Shown: positions 30,500 through 41,500 of the stretch, in pieces
How positions within the stretch are numbered: position 1 is the first letter of the stretch
Layout: every line of letters starts with the position of its first letter
Virus record (IMG/VR): IMGVR_UViG_3300021420_000014
Strand: one strand, 5' to 3'
Length of the DNA: 64,000 bases
From: a virus
Translations under genes and position numbers: made by a program
The notes under the pieces: generated by a model
The model's database searches: none
What the model was told of the DNA's origin: nothing
Seen by the model: the letters and a program-made list of their open reading frames with translations, nothing else

Positions 30500-31990
30500 A
30501 TGATGGAGATTCAGCAAATCGCAGTGGATCAGCTTCACGAATCAAAGACCAATCCGCGCACCATGTTCGACAAGACGTCCCTCAAGGAACTAACCGGCTC
30601 GATCAAAGAGAAGGGCATATTGCTGCCCTTGCTGGTTAGGTCCAACAACGAGGGCCAGGAAGTCGTATCCGGCGCACGGCGTCTGCGTGCCGCCAAGGCT
30701 GCTGGCTTGAAGGAAGTACCCTGCATCATCAAATCGCTAAGCGATGACGAGGTCCTCGAAATTCAGCTGGTCGAAAATTGTCAACGAGAGGATTTGCATA
30801 GCCTTGACGAAGCAGAGAGCTATCAGCGGCTCCAAAAACAGTTCGGGTATTCGATCGACCAACTCGCCACAAAGACCGGCAAGACCGATTGGCATGTGCA
30901 GACCAGGCTTAAGTTCTGCGATCTGATCGAGCCGGTCAAGAAACTCTTCCGCAGCTTCGAGATTAGCCAATCTCATGCGCTCCAGGTCGCCCGATTGTTG
31001 CCGGAACAACAGAAGGAATGCGTCCAATGGTTGAAGAACGGCTGGAGCGCGCGGCAACTGGCTCAGGAGATCGATCGGCAATTCTTTTTGAATCTGGCGG
31101 AAGCTCCATTCGATACCAAGGATGCCAAGCTGGTAGAGAAGGCCGGCAGTTGCTTGGCTTGCCCAAAACGCACTGGAGCGAACAAGCTGCTGTTTTTTGA
31201 CATTAAGGATGCGGATACCTGCACGGATCCGGATTGCTTTGAGAATAAAGTTCGTGCCTTCGTTAAGATTCAGGTGGCCACTCATCCCGATGCTGTACTG
31301 TTGACTGCAGGAGAGGACTTCACGCCCGGGTGGAAACCGAAGGGCATAACCGAATGGACTCTCAGTGACGACAAAACATGCGCCGATCTCAAGGAAGGCA
31401 TAGTGGTTGAGAAAGGGCGCGGCACTTTCGATCACAGCATCCATGACGTCAAGTTGGGTCAGACCCTCGTCGTGTGCGTCAATCCCAAGTGTAAGACCCA
31501 CAATAAGAAAGAGGTTTCGGACATCGAGAGCGGCCACAGCAAGAAGGGACTGAAAGCCAGGAAGATCGAACTCCTGCGTCGTGCGCTCATCTTCAAGGAA
31601 CTGGCTGCGGAAGAGTTTGAGATAAAGCCAGCCGATTATCGCGAAATCTTGGATTGGCGGATTCGCGATTTGAGCACCGACCATGCTCGATCGGTCTGCA
31701 ACGCGATGGGATGGGAAGCGAAAAAGGCGCAGTATGGCGGGAACGACTTCGGCGCAACCATCGCAAAGAATCTCGCTAAACTTACAACCAAGGGCGTGGA
31801 GCAGTGGTTATTCTTGCTGACGTTAGCCGAGCGCGAACTCTGGTTTTACGCCGGCAGCACAGCTAAAGCAGAACTGCTCGAGGCCAAGGCCAAGGCTGTG
31901 AAGATTCCATTGGCCGAGATCGCCAAGCAAGCCACCCAAAAGAAGCTGAAGGAAGCCAAACCAAAGAAAGCAGCCGCCGCTAAGGCATAG
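30500..31990 (+). CDS. ParB/RepB/Spo0J family protein
   Basis: NPR, GILLPLLVR, GARRLRA, ENCQREDL, HTH, CLACPKRT..CTDPDCF. Confidence 0.9.
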   Translation: MMEIQQIAVDQLHESKTNPRTMFDKTSLKELTGSIKEKGILLPLLVRSNNEGQEVVSGARRLRAAKAAGLKEVPCIIKSLSDDEVLEIQLVENCQREDLHSLDEAESYQRLQKQFGYSIDQLATKTGKTDWHVQTRLKFCDLIEPVKKLFRSFEISQSHALQVARLLPEQQKECVQWLKNGWSARQLAQEIDRQFFLNLAEAPFDTKDAKLVEKAGSCLACPKRTGANKLLFFDIKDADTCTDPDCFENKVRAFVKIQVATHPDAVLLTAGEDFTPGWKPKGITEWTLSDDKTCADLKEGIVVEKGRGTFDHSIHDVKLGQTLVVCVNPKCKTHNKKEVSDIESGHSKKGLKARKIELLRRALIFKELAAEEFEIKPADYREILDWRIRDLSTDHARSVCNAMGWEAKKAQYGGNDFGATIAKNLAKLTTKGVEQWLFLLTLAERELWFYAGSTAKAELLEAKAKAVKIPLAEIAKQATQKKLKEAKPKKAAAAKA

Positions 31991-33433
31991 TCCAATGAAA
32001 GGGGAGCGCATTCGGTTTCGGGTGACACCATACGTGTGTCCACGCGGACACGTGAAACTTGTGGTTTCACCTGACACCCCTTCTGTCAACTGCATTGTTG
32101 GCGATTGCTTGAGCAGCAGTAGCATTGGCGAGATCGTTCAGGCTGGTCCCTCTCAGCAGGTGGATATCGTAATTGATGCTGGCCATGATGTGGTCCTCTC
32201 TATCACGACTAAACGGAGAAGTCATGAAAGGCAAAACCTATAGCGTCATCCGGTCGATCAACAAAAAAGACTTCCGTGGCACACGGGTTGTTCGCTCCGG
32301 ACTTGATTGGGAAACCGCTAAGAGTCTCAGCGATGAACTGGAGCACCAAGAACAGAGACTTCACCCGGGACTGACGTCTTGGACTCGCGATATCTTCTAT
32401 TGCGAAATGGAGAAGTCATGAGCTGGCTCCGAGACTTCATTGGCTTATTCATCGCCTATCGCCGCGAGCGCAGATGGCGCAGAGAGCTTGCGGAGAAGGG
32501 CTACTTCAGGAGGAGGACGTGAAATTTAGTGATGTAGATATACGCGGCCAAAAGTTTGAGATCGGTGTGGATGTCGACGGCCAATTCACCACGGTATTAG
32601 AAGGTGAGACCATCCATGCACCCACACTGGCTGTACTGAAAGATCGCCTGATGAAGGCGACCAATCCAAAACGGCGACCCATTTCCATCCCTTTTTACTA
32701 TTGGGAAGAGGAAAGCTGGGACTCATCCGCGGGCAAGTTGAAACATGGAGTCATCGTTGGCATCCACGGCTCCAATGATAATTTGCTTATCCGGTGGGAC
32801 AAAGAGAAACAAACAGAACAGATGAGCGGCTATCGCCACAGCGGCGACAATCTTATGCGGTTAACCGAAACCGAAGCTAAGCACTATCTTAAACTGCGTG
32901 CCAATCTTCAAGAGGTACAGAAGGCATTGGAGTCGTTCACGATGTCGCACACATTTGACGCCAGACAGGAAACCAAAGACGCCATTGCAAAGGCGGGTGG
33001 ATGATCTAATGCTTACACCATCCGACGTGGCCGCATTAAAATTTGCCACTGTTTGGGTAATTGGAAGCTTACTTGGCAAAATAATTGCCGAAACTCGCAA
33101 CATTCTGTTCAAAAGAGGGAAATTAAAATGCTAGGAGCCTCAAATGACGCTCGATGAATTCATCATCAGGCTGGAAAAAACGCCGCGGGACTGGCAACTG
33201 CGCACTTTTACCGTGTCTAACGGTAAGCGGCAAAAGGCTATAAGGCGTGGCCTACGTGAGAAACACTGTCCAATATCTGCATTAACTATGTCTGACACTT
33301 GGGCGGCATTCCTAGTGGCATCGACAATTGGATTAGCTAGGGACCTTGCAATCGACATCGTGAATGCCTCGGATGAGAACCCCGGTTACGATTCACAACT
33401 TCGCGACCGATTGCTGAAAGCGTGTGGAATCCA

Positions 33434-33955
33434 ATGAATATTCTCGTTGTGGATGATGATCGCGACATTCTTTCGACCATTGGCGACATGATTAAGTTCA
33501 ACGGTTGCGAGGCTGTACTCATTAATTCACCAGAAGAAGCACTTAGGATGGTCAGGCACGGCCTTGCTGGTCCAGATGCGGTTATCTCAGATCAAAATAC
33601 GGGCTCAGGGATGAAAGGCATTGAATTGATCCAAGCTTTACGGACGGACAATCCAAAGCTTCGCTGCGCGATTATGTCTGGAGAGGCGGGGTTAGATGTC
33701 CCGAAAGGCGTGGCATTCCTGATGAAAGGCAGCTTTGGATGGACATCGATTGCCCAAGCGTTGGCGATTGATCGGCTGCGCATTCGATACCGATGGAAGC
33801 TGCTAGGCGGTCATGTCCACATAGAAATATTCGCCGGCATTGAATCGCGCGACGCTACGCTTGGCAAGGCCGGTGAATTCATCTTGCGCGAGGAAGAGTT
33901 CAATAAATTCGTGGCTGGAAATCATTTCTCCGAATTCATCAAGGTGCGACCGTGA
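33434..33955 (+). CDS. response-regulator receiver domain protein
   Basis: ILVVDDD, VISDQN..GM.G, IMSG, FLMK. Confidence 0.75.
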   Translation: MNILVVDDDRDILSTIGDMIKFNGCEAVLINSPEEALRMVRHGLAGPDAVISDQNTGSGMKGIELIQALRTDNPKLRCAIMSGEAGLDVPKGVAFLMKGSFGWTSIAQALAIDRLRIRYRWKLLGGHVHIEIFAGIESRDATLGKAGEFILREEEFNKFVAGNHFSEFIKVRP

Positions 33956-34214
33956 GACAAAGAAAACCTGACGAGATTGACGTTTGGCTGAGCGGGTTCA
34001 ACCATATCGCACTAACAAGTCTGGATATCTCTCTGGGTCCATGGAAACGCAAGCGCGTGGTCGGAAGGATCTGTAAGTCCGCAAGTAGAGCGGCTTCCGC
34101 TGCTAGTTCCGATCCATTCGAGATGCTGGCCGGTCTGTACGCGGCTACTGTTCTGACTGCCTACAAAATACAGCAGCTAGCCAAGGTAAAACCAGTGGCT
34201 AAACCAGGCCTGAA

Positions 34215-34910
34215 ATGAAGCACCAATTAGTCACAGCCGATCAGGCAAAACCTCGTAAACGCCAACATACTTCACCGTGCAGTGATTGTCCTTGGGCCCG
34301 CAAGTCGTTAAAGGGATGGATTGGGAACTTCAGCATCAGCGAGTGGTTGGCTGCCGCGCACGGCGAGTCGCTGATAGATTGTCACACGGTTTCGAATCAG
34401 CAATGCGCTGGTTCGGCCATCTTTCGCGCAAACGTCTGCAAACTACCACGCGATCAAAAACTGCTCCGGTTGCCGCAAAATAAGGTCTCCGTATTCGCCA
34501 ATGATTTGGAATTCAGACTTCATCATCAAGGAGTGAACGCCATGCCCAAGGCTAAGAGGACCAAACATTCAACCAAGGAAACTGTACGGACAGCCCAGCC
34601 GAAAGAGAGAACCGTCCTGGAAGTTAAGGAAGAAATAGCCGCACTCAAAGAGTTGAAGCCTCGCATCCGACGCTATAGCGGATTCGGCACAGATCATTAT
34701 CCGCAAATCGATGCACAGATTGTGGTACTTGAGGAGAACCTAGACGAGGACGAAATCGACAGCCGCTACTGTAGCGATGATGAGGATGAGGATCTCGGGC
34801 AGGATGAATTTGGCGAAATTCGCATGATTGCTATAGATGCTCTCGAATGGAGGGATGGACGCAAAGCAGAAGCACCTAGCGAAGAATGGAAGCCGCTGGT
34901 GATCAAATGA
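34215..34910 (+). CDS. Cys-rich domain plus acidic C-terminal domain
   Basis: PCSDCPW, CH, QCAGSAIF. Confidence 0.55.
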   Translation: MKHQLVTADQAKPRKRQHTSPCSDCPWARKSLKGWIGNFSISEWLAAAHGESLIDCHTVSNQQCAGSAIFRANVCKLPRDQKLLRLPQNKVSVFANDLEFRLHHQGVNAMPKAKRTKHSTKETVRTAQPKERTVLEVKEEIAALKELKPRIRRYSGFGTDHYPQIDAQIVVLEENLDEDEIDSRYCSDDEDEDLGQDEFGEIRMIAIDALEWRDGRKAEAPSEEWKPLVIK

Positions 34911-35630
34911 GTTTCCCTGCGATCGAGCGGCTCCTCAACGTCGTAAGCAAACGGCACAAGGTCCAACTGCAAGCGGCTCGCAACGAACGGGAGGCTGCGC
35001 AGGAGTTGCTGGAAGCAGCCAAGAAGATGGTCATGTGGTCTTGGACACTGCCATTGGCAGACCGTGAAGCGGATGTCTGGAAGCCACTAGACGAAGCCAT
35101 TGCCAAAGTAGAGAGCTTCCGATGATCTTCACTTGGCTAGACGATCAGATACTCGCTGGCTGCACCAAGTTTGCACACTGGACTCAGAGCAGCTTTGGCA
35201 TTACCAATTTCCGCATCGCCAAGTTCGGAAGGTTTCTCTGTTTTGTTTGGTTAGCTCTCAAGATCATCAATCGCTTCCGTCGATTCATGGCCATGCCAAC
35301 CTATGGCATGGATCTTTTCATGGCAATTATTGTTGCGCCACTGATGGCATGGGAAGGTTCGCTATGTGATCGAGCCGAGCACAGCCTCTATAATTCGGAC
35401 GCCTTAGATATTCATAGGTTGTTGCAATTTAGTGGTCGGCCTTGGCGCTTGTTGTGGCTCGTTATGTTTGCCTTGGATGCTGCGGTTAGGGCATCTGGGA
35501 TGCTCTTCAGTTTTGGCTGTCTCCTATTTTTCTACTTCATTACAGTCATACCGCTTCCACCTGGCCGCAGCAAAATTCGCGAATGGCTGCGCAATTTCTT
35601 TGTCCGGCAAGTACCGGCGACCGAGAAGGC

Positions 35631-36986
35631 ATGAAGCAGGACGACACACCGAAGCTGCCGCACAATCCCGACGCGGAGCGTTCCGTGCTTGGTGCCGTCT
35701 TGCTCGACAACAATACGCTTGCCACGGTCATTGAGAAGCTGAAAGCGGAACATTTCTTTGACGATCGGCACCGCCGGCTTTTCACTCATATCGTGCAGCT
35801 TGGCAGCGCGCATGAACCGATTGATCTGGTAACCCTTACAGACCATCTTCGATTGACCGGGGAGCTTGAGGTCTGCGGCGGGCCTGGCTATGTCTCACAG
35901 CTCATTGATGGCGTCCCGAGAATCAGCAACATCGGTAGATATGCCTCTATTGTGCTGGATTTAGCTATTAGACGGTCTACGGCGTACGCAGCGCAATCTA
36001 TCCTAGCCGAGGCCTTAGAGGGAGGAAGCGACGCTCAGCAGCTTCTGGAGCAAGCCCAGGCGGCTTTTACAGCTCTATCCGACACCCAAACAAGCAAAGG
36101 TCTCGTAGGAATCCGGCGGCTGATTCCGGAATATAGCAACCGAGTCGAAACAATTCTGAAAGAGGGCCGCAGTGTAACCGGTCTGTCGACTGGCTACAGC
36201 ATGTTAGATGCTTTGACGTCCGGCCTTCAACCTTCGGAGCTGATCATTCTGGCTGCGAGGCCCTCGGTCGGGAAATCGACACTTTCTCTTAACATCGCCG
36301 AGAATGTTGCAGTCCAAGGCCTCGGCCCAATCGCTATCTTTAGCCTGGAGATGGCAGTGGATTCACTGCTTACGCGCCTTCTTACTTCTCGCGGACGCAT
36401 TGACTCGCACAAGCTTAGGACAGGTCACCTTCGCCGCGAGGATTGGACCACAATCGCACAGGTCATAGGGGAAATGATGGCATGGCCTATCTCTATAGAC
36501 GATTCCTCCTCAGCTTCGGTGATTGACATTTCGGTACGGCTGGCGCGTATGAAGCGAGAGATAGGTTTGGCCTTGGTCATTGTCGATTACCTTCAATTGG
36601 TATCACCGAGCAAGGGTCACAAAAACCGTCAAGAGCAAGTGTCCGAAATATCGCGTGGCTTGAAAGCTTTAGCCAAGGATCTGGGCGTCCCTGTAATCGC
36701 ATTGAGCCAATTGTCGCGAGCCCCGGAGCGTGAGGATAGGCGGCCGCAGCTTTCTGACTTACGCGATTCTGGATCGTTGGAACAAGATGCAGACACAGTG
36801 ATCTTTATTCATCGGCCTTACCTGTTCAAGACCAAAGGCGAGATCTCGGACGAGCAGAAGGCGGAAACAGAAGTAATTGTGGCTAAACAGCGCAATGGGC
36901 CTATCGATATCGTGCCGTTTGTTTTCCTGGCAAAAAGTACGCGTTTCGAGGAAGCGATGGGATCATGGATGGGAGAACAGGAATGA
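35631..36986 (+). CDS. dnaB: replicative DNA helicase
   Basis: PHNPDAERSVLG, AARPSVGKST, VDYLQL, LSQLSR, SDLRDSGSLEQDAD, KQRNGP. Confidence 0.96.
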   Translation: MKQDDTPKLPHNPDAERSVLGAVLLDNNTLATVIEKLKAEHFFDDRHRRLFTHIVQLGSAHEPIDLVTLTDHLRLTGELEVCGGPGYVSQLIDGVPRISNIGRYASIVLDLAIRRSTAYAAQSILAEALEGGSDAQQLLEQAQAAFTALSDTQTSKGLVGIRRLIPEYSNRVETILKEGRSVTGLSTGYSMLDALTSGLQPSELIILAARPSVGKSTLSLNIAENVAVQGLGPIAIFSLEMAVDSLLTRLLTSRGRIDSHKLRTGHLRREDWTTIAQVIGEMMAWPISIDDSSSASVIDISVRLARMKREIGLALVIVDYLQLVSPSKGHKNRQEQVSEISRGLKALAKDLGVPVIALSQLSRAPEREDRRPQLSDLRDSGSLEQDADTVIFIHRPYLFKTKGEISDEQKAETEVIVAKQRNGPIDIVPFVFLAKSTRFEEAMGSWMGEQE

Positions 36987-38202
36987 CCAAAACTATATTC
37001 GTCGTGCTTGCTGTGTTCGTCGCCGGAGCGATCTTCGGGCAGTCCCGCCGCGGACTCTCGCCAAGTGTACGGACATTTTACGTGACATTCCCGTACGAAA
37101 TTCCTCGCGACGCTGCGATCAAGGTGGTCGGCAAGGCTGACAGACTAGACGCGCTGGCTTCTATCGGAGTAACGGTGTGGACACAAGAAGAAGTGACCAA
37201 CTGCATCAAAACAGAAGAGGCTCAGTCTATTCGCGCCGTGCTGAAAGATAATCCGGCAGCTTGCAAGAACTGGACCGTGAAGACACGTGACCAGCTTCAG
37301 CAGGACACGATAGACAAATACTATCGCGCCGTAAAGCGGGAACCGCAGGTTACGACTTATGAATCAAGGTTCGCCAAAGGCGAGTGCGTGCCATTCATTT
37401 ACGATGGAAGCGGGTTCGTTCCAATCAACGATGGGGCTATGGAATGCACCACAAAGAAGGCCAAATGACTCTGAATTGGAAACAGGATTCTGAATTCACC
37501 GGATGCATTGAGATCGAGGGCTTAGATTGCCTGATTGTTCTCCAACCTAGGCCACGCTATTGCGACAGAGGAAACTGGGTTGCGACCATCGACGTAAAGC
37601 CTGGCGGTAATGGAATACGGCTGAATCTCGATTATGCCGATATGTGGCCGCGCTACTATTTCGACCTCGATCGGGCGAAGGCTGAAATTGAGGCTTGGCT
37701 AGTGAAGCGGAAACAAGTGCTAGAATCGCCAGCGAACTCGCCATGACTCTCAAGGATGAGATCCTCGCATTGGCTGCAGCGCATAAAGCAAACAAGGACG
37801 CCGGCCTCGGCAATCCTGTTCCGCATGTGCCGAAGCGCATCCAGAATCTAAACAGGAAGGAAAACTCATGCGATCGGAAAGAGCCAATGACGCGCGCTAT
37901 GGCCAAGCTTGTTGCGCGAAGGATCCGCTGGAACAATAGCAGCACCGTTGAACCTTACCACTGCAAATGGTGTGGATTTTGGCATGTCGGACGACCGCCT
38001 GAGAGAAAACGCAAGCAACAAGAGGATCCATGATGCGGAAGCCGTGGCGCTGTTCGCTTTTGACCGCGGATGCTTTTGCTATCCGGATGATCGGGAACAG
38101 GCTCTTTGCGAACAGCATATCGTACGGGCTACACCACTCGGAAGCATGGAACTTATTCGCGAACTACTGCCACGCCTACCAATTACCAAGGAAGAATAAT
38201 TT

Positions 38203-39318
38203 TTATCTCACCGGCTTTGCTATTGCTACCGGGAATGGCACCGCAATTCCGTTCGTCGTGTTCCCGCTGCCTTTGACAAACTGCACAGGGCCGGTCATGG
38301 CCGACGGCCAGTTCGATTTCTCGAAATTGGTGCCGCCGTTGTTCGTTGAATCGCTGTTGGTCACGGTGTAATCGAGCGGCACGGCCGAGCTCATAAAGTA
38401 CAGGCAGAAGCACAGCCCGTCCTGGCCGTTGTCGTGAAACTTGTCGTGATCGAATACAACCTGCTTTGTGAACTGTCCAGCGTTGGGCGTGCCCTGGCCT
38501 GTGCCGTTCGGTTCGGCATCGCAACCGTCCATGATGCCGGCAGCTTTATTGTGTGCTCCTGAAAAGTCGCTGTAGTCGATGAGCACATTCGTCAGTTGAT
38601 CGGTGACGCTGCATCCATTCCTCACCGGATTTGTAGAAACAACTTTTGTCACGTGAACGTTGGTAGACCCTTTGCCAACGTAGATGGAATCGCCGCCGCA
38701 CTGGTCGAACCTGAGCCCTGAGATCGTGACGTTCGACACGTTTTCCATCCAGATGCACATATTCACAGGAAATCCACTGGCACCAAAATTCTTGGCATAC
38801 GTTAGAGGCATCGTGAGCATGCCGGCGGTAGGCGATCCGGAACCCGCGAGCTTTATGTTGGTCACTCCGTAGAGCGCAAACAGATGCGCGAAGCCGGAGT
38901 ACGCTGTCAACTCTTCAACGGTTACGCCGTCGTCAATCCAGATGTCGGCTCCTGACGGCAGTGTCGAAGTCGAAAGCTTGAAGATGCAACTCAGCGTAGA
39001 ACAAGTAAGTTCAATCGGTCCCTTCGCTGCGGCCCCATAGATGATTGCCTGATCGTTGCCGCCAGAAGGCGTTAGCTTAATCCGCGCCGGTCCTGGCGGC
39101 GTCACGGGTGGAACTGTTGGACAGGTCACGACGATACCTGTGACGGCCGTTCCGCTTGAGGTACAACCTGCTGGCATGGTCAGGCTGATCGTCCCGGCGT
39201 AGGGCACCGCCGTTGTCGCGCTCCCCGAGTAGGGAATCTGCACCGTTGTTTGCGCGATTGCCCTGGGCCTCGGTGCCATCAAAAGCAATAAGAGAATCGC
39301 GGTCAGCATTACTTTCAT
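38203..39318 (-). CDS. secreted right-handed beta-helix (pectin-lyase-like) protein
   Basis: signal peptide, P/T linker, NVTISG, GGDSIYV, RNGCSV, GCDAEPN repeats. Confidence 0.75.
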   Translation of the reverse strand: MKVMLTAILLLLLMAPRPRAIAQTTVQIPYSGSATTAVPYAGTISLTMPAGCTSSGTAVTGIVVTCPTVPPVTPPGPARIKLTPSGGNDQAIIYGAAAKGPIELTCSTLSCIFKLSTSTLPSGADIWIDDGVTVEELTAYSGFAHLFALYGVTNIKLAGSGSPTAGMLTMPLTYAKNFGASGFPVNMCIWMENVSNVTISGLRFDQCGGDSIYVGKGSTNVHVTKVVSTNPVRNGCSVTDQLTNVLIDYSDFSGAHNKAAGIMDGCDAEPNGTGQGTPNAGQFTKQVVFDHDKFHDNGQDGLCFCLYFMSSAVPLDYTVTNSDSTNNGGTNFEKSNWPSAMTGPVQFVKGSGNTTNGIAVPFPVAIAKPVR

Positions 39319-39983
39319 GTGTCCTCGCTGTCGTGACTGCTAAGGATGCGAGGCGGTAGGCTGGCCGCCTCTCGATGACTATAACTATAAACGCATTAGG
39401 AGCACACAGGGCGATAATTCCGCGTAGGCTATCTTTGAGCGATGAAGGAATTTCGTGATCATGCAGCAAGGCCGCCTCGACAGCCTTCGGGCATCCGGAG
39501 ATCCTCACGTCTGTAATCATCAGGTGTTCCCTCAGCTCAGGATCAGATGGATATTGTATGAGTGCACCGCGAAGATACCATTGAACGGCTAGGTGTCAAT
39601 AAATTTCGCCTTGTGTGCGCTATCGAACTGATCCGCGCACTGCCCACGACTACCACCAATTACCACGGAATAATTTTTATTCGTATTGGAAACAAAGAAG
39701 TTCCTATAGTGACTACCGTTGATTACCGGGAGGTGGCATGAGCAAAACAGAGTGGCAACCGGCACGCTGCGTCATAGTTCACGGAAACGTGGCACTACGG
39801 GAAAGATTAGCCGATGAAAAGGATCCAGATTGGCGAATAAAGATTTATCGTGTACGGCTGAACACGACTGGCGTAGTGAACCAGCATTGCGATGGGCGGC
39901 TCTTGGATATCCATCCCGATGATGCGCCGCCTGGCTATTACTGGGCTTGTGAGCACGAAATGCTGACCGACTGAGGCGTTAAG

Positions 39984-40057
39984 TGGAGCGTCTGACGGGA
40001 GTTGAACCCGTGCCCCTCGGACTAGAAGCCGAGTGCTCTACGCTGAGCTACAGACGC
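39984..40057 (-). tRNA. atypical tRNA with 8-nt anticodon loop CUUCUAGU
   Basis: GCGTCTG/CAGACGC acceptor, GCTC/GAGC D-stem, CTCGG/CCGAG anticodon stem, ACGGG-TTCAACT-CCCGT T-arm, T-CCA end. Confidence 0.85.
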
Positions 40058-40521
40058 TCTGAAAGTGGCGCAGGGGCTCGGATTGAACCGTAGTCGTCGA
40101 TATCAGGCGACGCCCCTGCATTGGCGCGCCCGGCGAGATTCGAACTCGCTCCGTCTGCTTTAGGGGCAGCCGTGCTTGCCGTTGTCACTACGGGCGCGCG
40201 GTAAACTCGATAGCACTGCAACAGCTCGCGCTCGGGCGAATCTGCATCGAGCGGTGCGGTTGCAATGGCAGTCAATCCGAAATCGTGATCAGGTTCGTAC
40301 CATGGATAGTGAGGGATTCCGTGTGCTTGAAGCTTTCGCAATACGCGCTCAAGTGCTCGGACGTTCGGCATCCCGATAGCAACGAGATTCGGCGTGCCTG
40401 GATCGCCACGGAGTTGCGCAAGCTTGAAGCTTGAGTGGTTAGTTTGTACGAGAATGTGTTCAAAAGCAGGAAGGTCGGTCCGGAAGAACAAATAACGGTA
40501 TTGCTCTTGTACCTATGTCAT
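40048..40521 (-). CDS. Pth2-like peptidyl-tRNA hydrolase with in-frame TAG at codon 3
   Basis: MT*VQEQYRYLFFRTDL..QTNH..LVAI..WYEPD..GLTAIATAP. Confidence 0.7.
40066..40119 (-). ncRNA. D-armless tRNA-like RNA (54 nt)
   Basis: GCAGGGG/CCCCTGC-G-CCA, GTCGCC-TGATATC-GACGAC hairpin, CGG-TTCAAT-CCG T-like arm. Confidence 0.7.
40122..40197 (-). tRNA. putative amber suppressor tRNA (anticodon CUA)
   Basis: GCGCCCG/CGGGCGC-G-CCA; CTGC-CCCTAAA-GCAG with central CTA at 40163-40161; GCGAG-TTCGAAT-CTCGC. Confidence 0.85.
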
Positions 40522-40531
40522 AGCGACTTTG

Positions 40532-40559
40532 ATTCTACTTGATGGCAATCCTAAGTCAA
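40532..40559 (-). promoter_or_regulatory. sigma70-type promoter of pth/tRNA unit
   Basis: TTGACT-N16-TAGAAT, 10 nt upstream of ATG (near-leaderless). Confidence 0.6.
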
Positions 40560-40579
40560 GCCTTTTTGAAACCCAGGAT

Positions 40580-40849
40580 TTACTGCTGATCATCCGCGCA
40601 GGGCTGCCATTTACCGCGCACCAAAAATCCGTGCCGTATCGTTTGGCGTCCCTCGTGGTGTCCGGTCACCTTGATAGAAGGACTGACCGTAATCGTGGCA
40701 TCGTCGTGCTCTTCGATTTTATGGTTTGATAAATTGCCTACTCCGCAACCAGGAAGGTAGAGCCACCAGATCCCGCTGGAGTGCCAATAGCAGATGGATT
40801 TATCATCGAGTTCTTCAAACATGCCGATCCGTTTGGCCTGTTGGTTCAT
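40580..40849 (-). CDS. DUF6527-like small protein
   Basis: ITVSPSI...HGFLVRGKWQPC. Confidence 0.5.
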   Translation of the reverse strand: MNQQAKRIGMFEELDDKSICYWHSSGIWWLYLPGCGVGNLSNHKIEEHDDATITVSPSIKVTGHHEGRQTIRHGFLVRGKWQPCADDQQ

Positions 40850-41500
40850 TTTCCGATTGATTGCGCTTTGACCTTCACGGCCGGACCGTCCTTGAGATCG
40901 GACGAAGGGCTGCCATCATATTCACGGGCATGAGCACTACAGTTTGCGGCGAAATTCTTGATCATGGGCAGAAGCCAAAACTCGGCTACATGAGGATGAT
41001 CGGCACATGCGAAAACACAGCCGAGCGGGGTTGCAATCCAGGCGACAACTTCTCGCGACTCACACGCATAGCAATAAGGCGTGATTAAACTTTCATTCCA
41101 GCTGAAATGTTTGGAACACCTCGGACACAAGATGTCGGTGCCTGGTTTTATGGAAAGCTCCAATACCAAAGTCCCGCCACATCTTGGACAAGGGAATTTC
41201 ACGCGTGCGCCTGCTTCCACAGTTTCATCTTCCAGCCACGCTCAAGGAATGGACCGGCGCGAATACGGCGGAAGGGCAGAGCCACAAAGCCTGTGGGTTT
41301 CACAGCTTCCATGTTTCCTGTCTGCCCTCGCGCCGCTCCGACAATAGCGCATACCATTTCGCGAAACCACTTCGCCTGCATTTTTGGATTGTATCGGTCG
41401 TCAGGAATGGGGGGAGGCCAGCTAACGGTGCAAGTAAAAACTAAAGTGCCGGGAATGGTAACTACGGCCGAGGTATCCACAACATCATAGCTTGGCAGCA

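Noticed and set aside
30737-31684. 315-aa minus-strand ORF
   Set aside because: Antisense shadow of ParB.
40122-40197. tRNA-Pyl assignment
   Set aside because: Has a normal-sized D-loop with GG and a TTC T-loop, the body resembles tRNA-Arg, and no pyl genes are seen.
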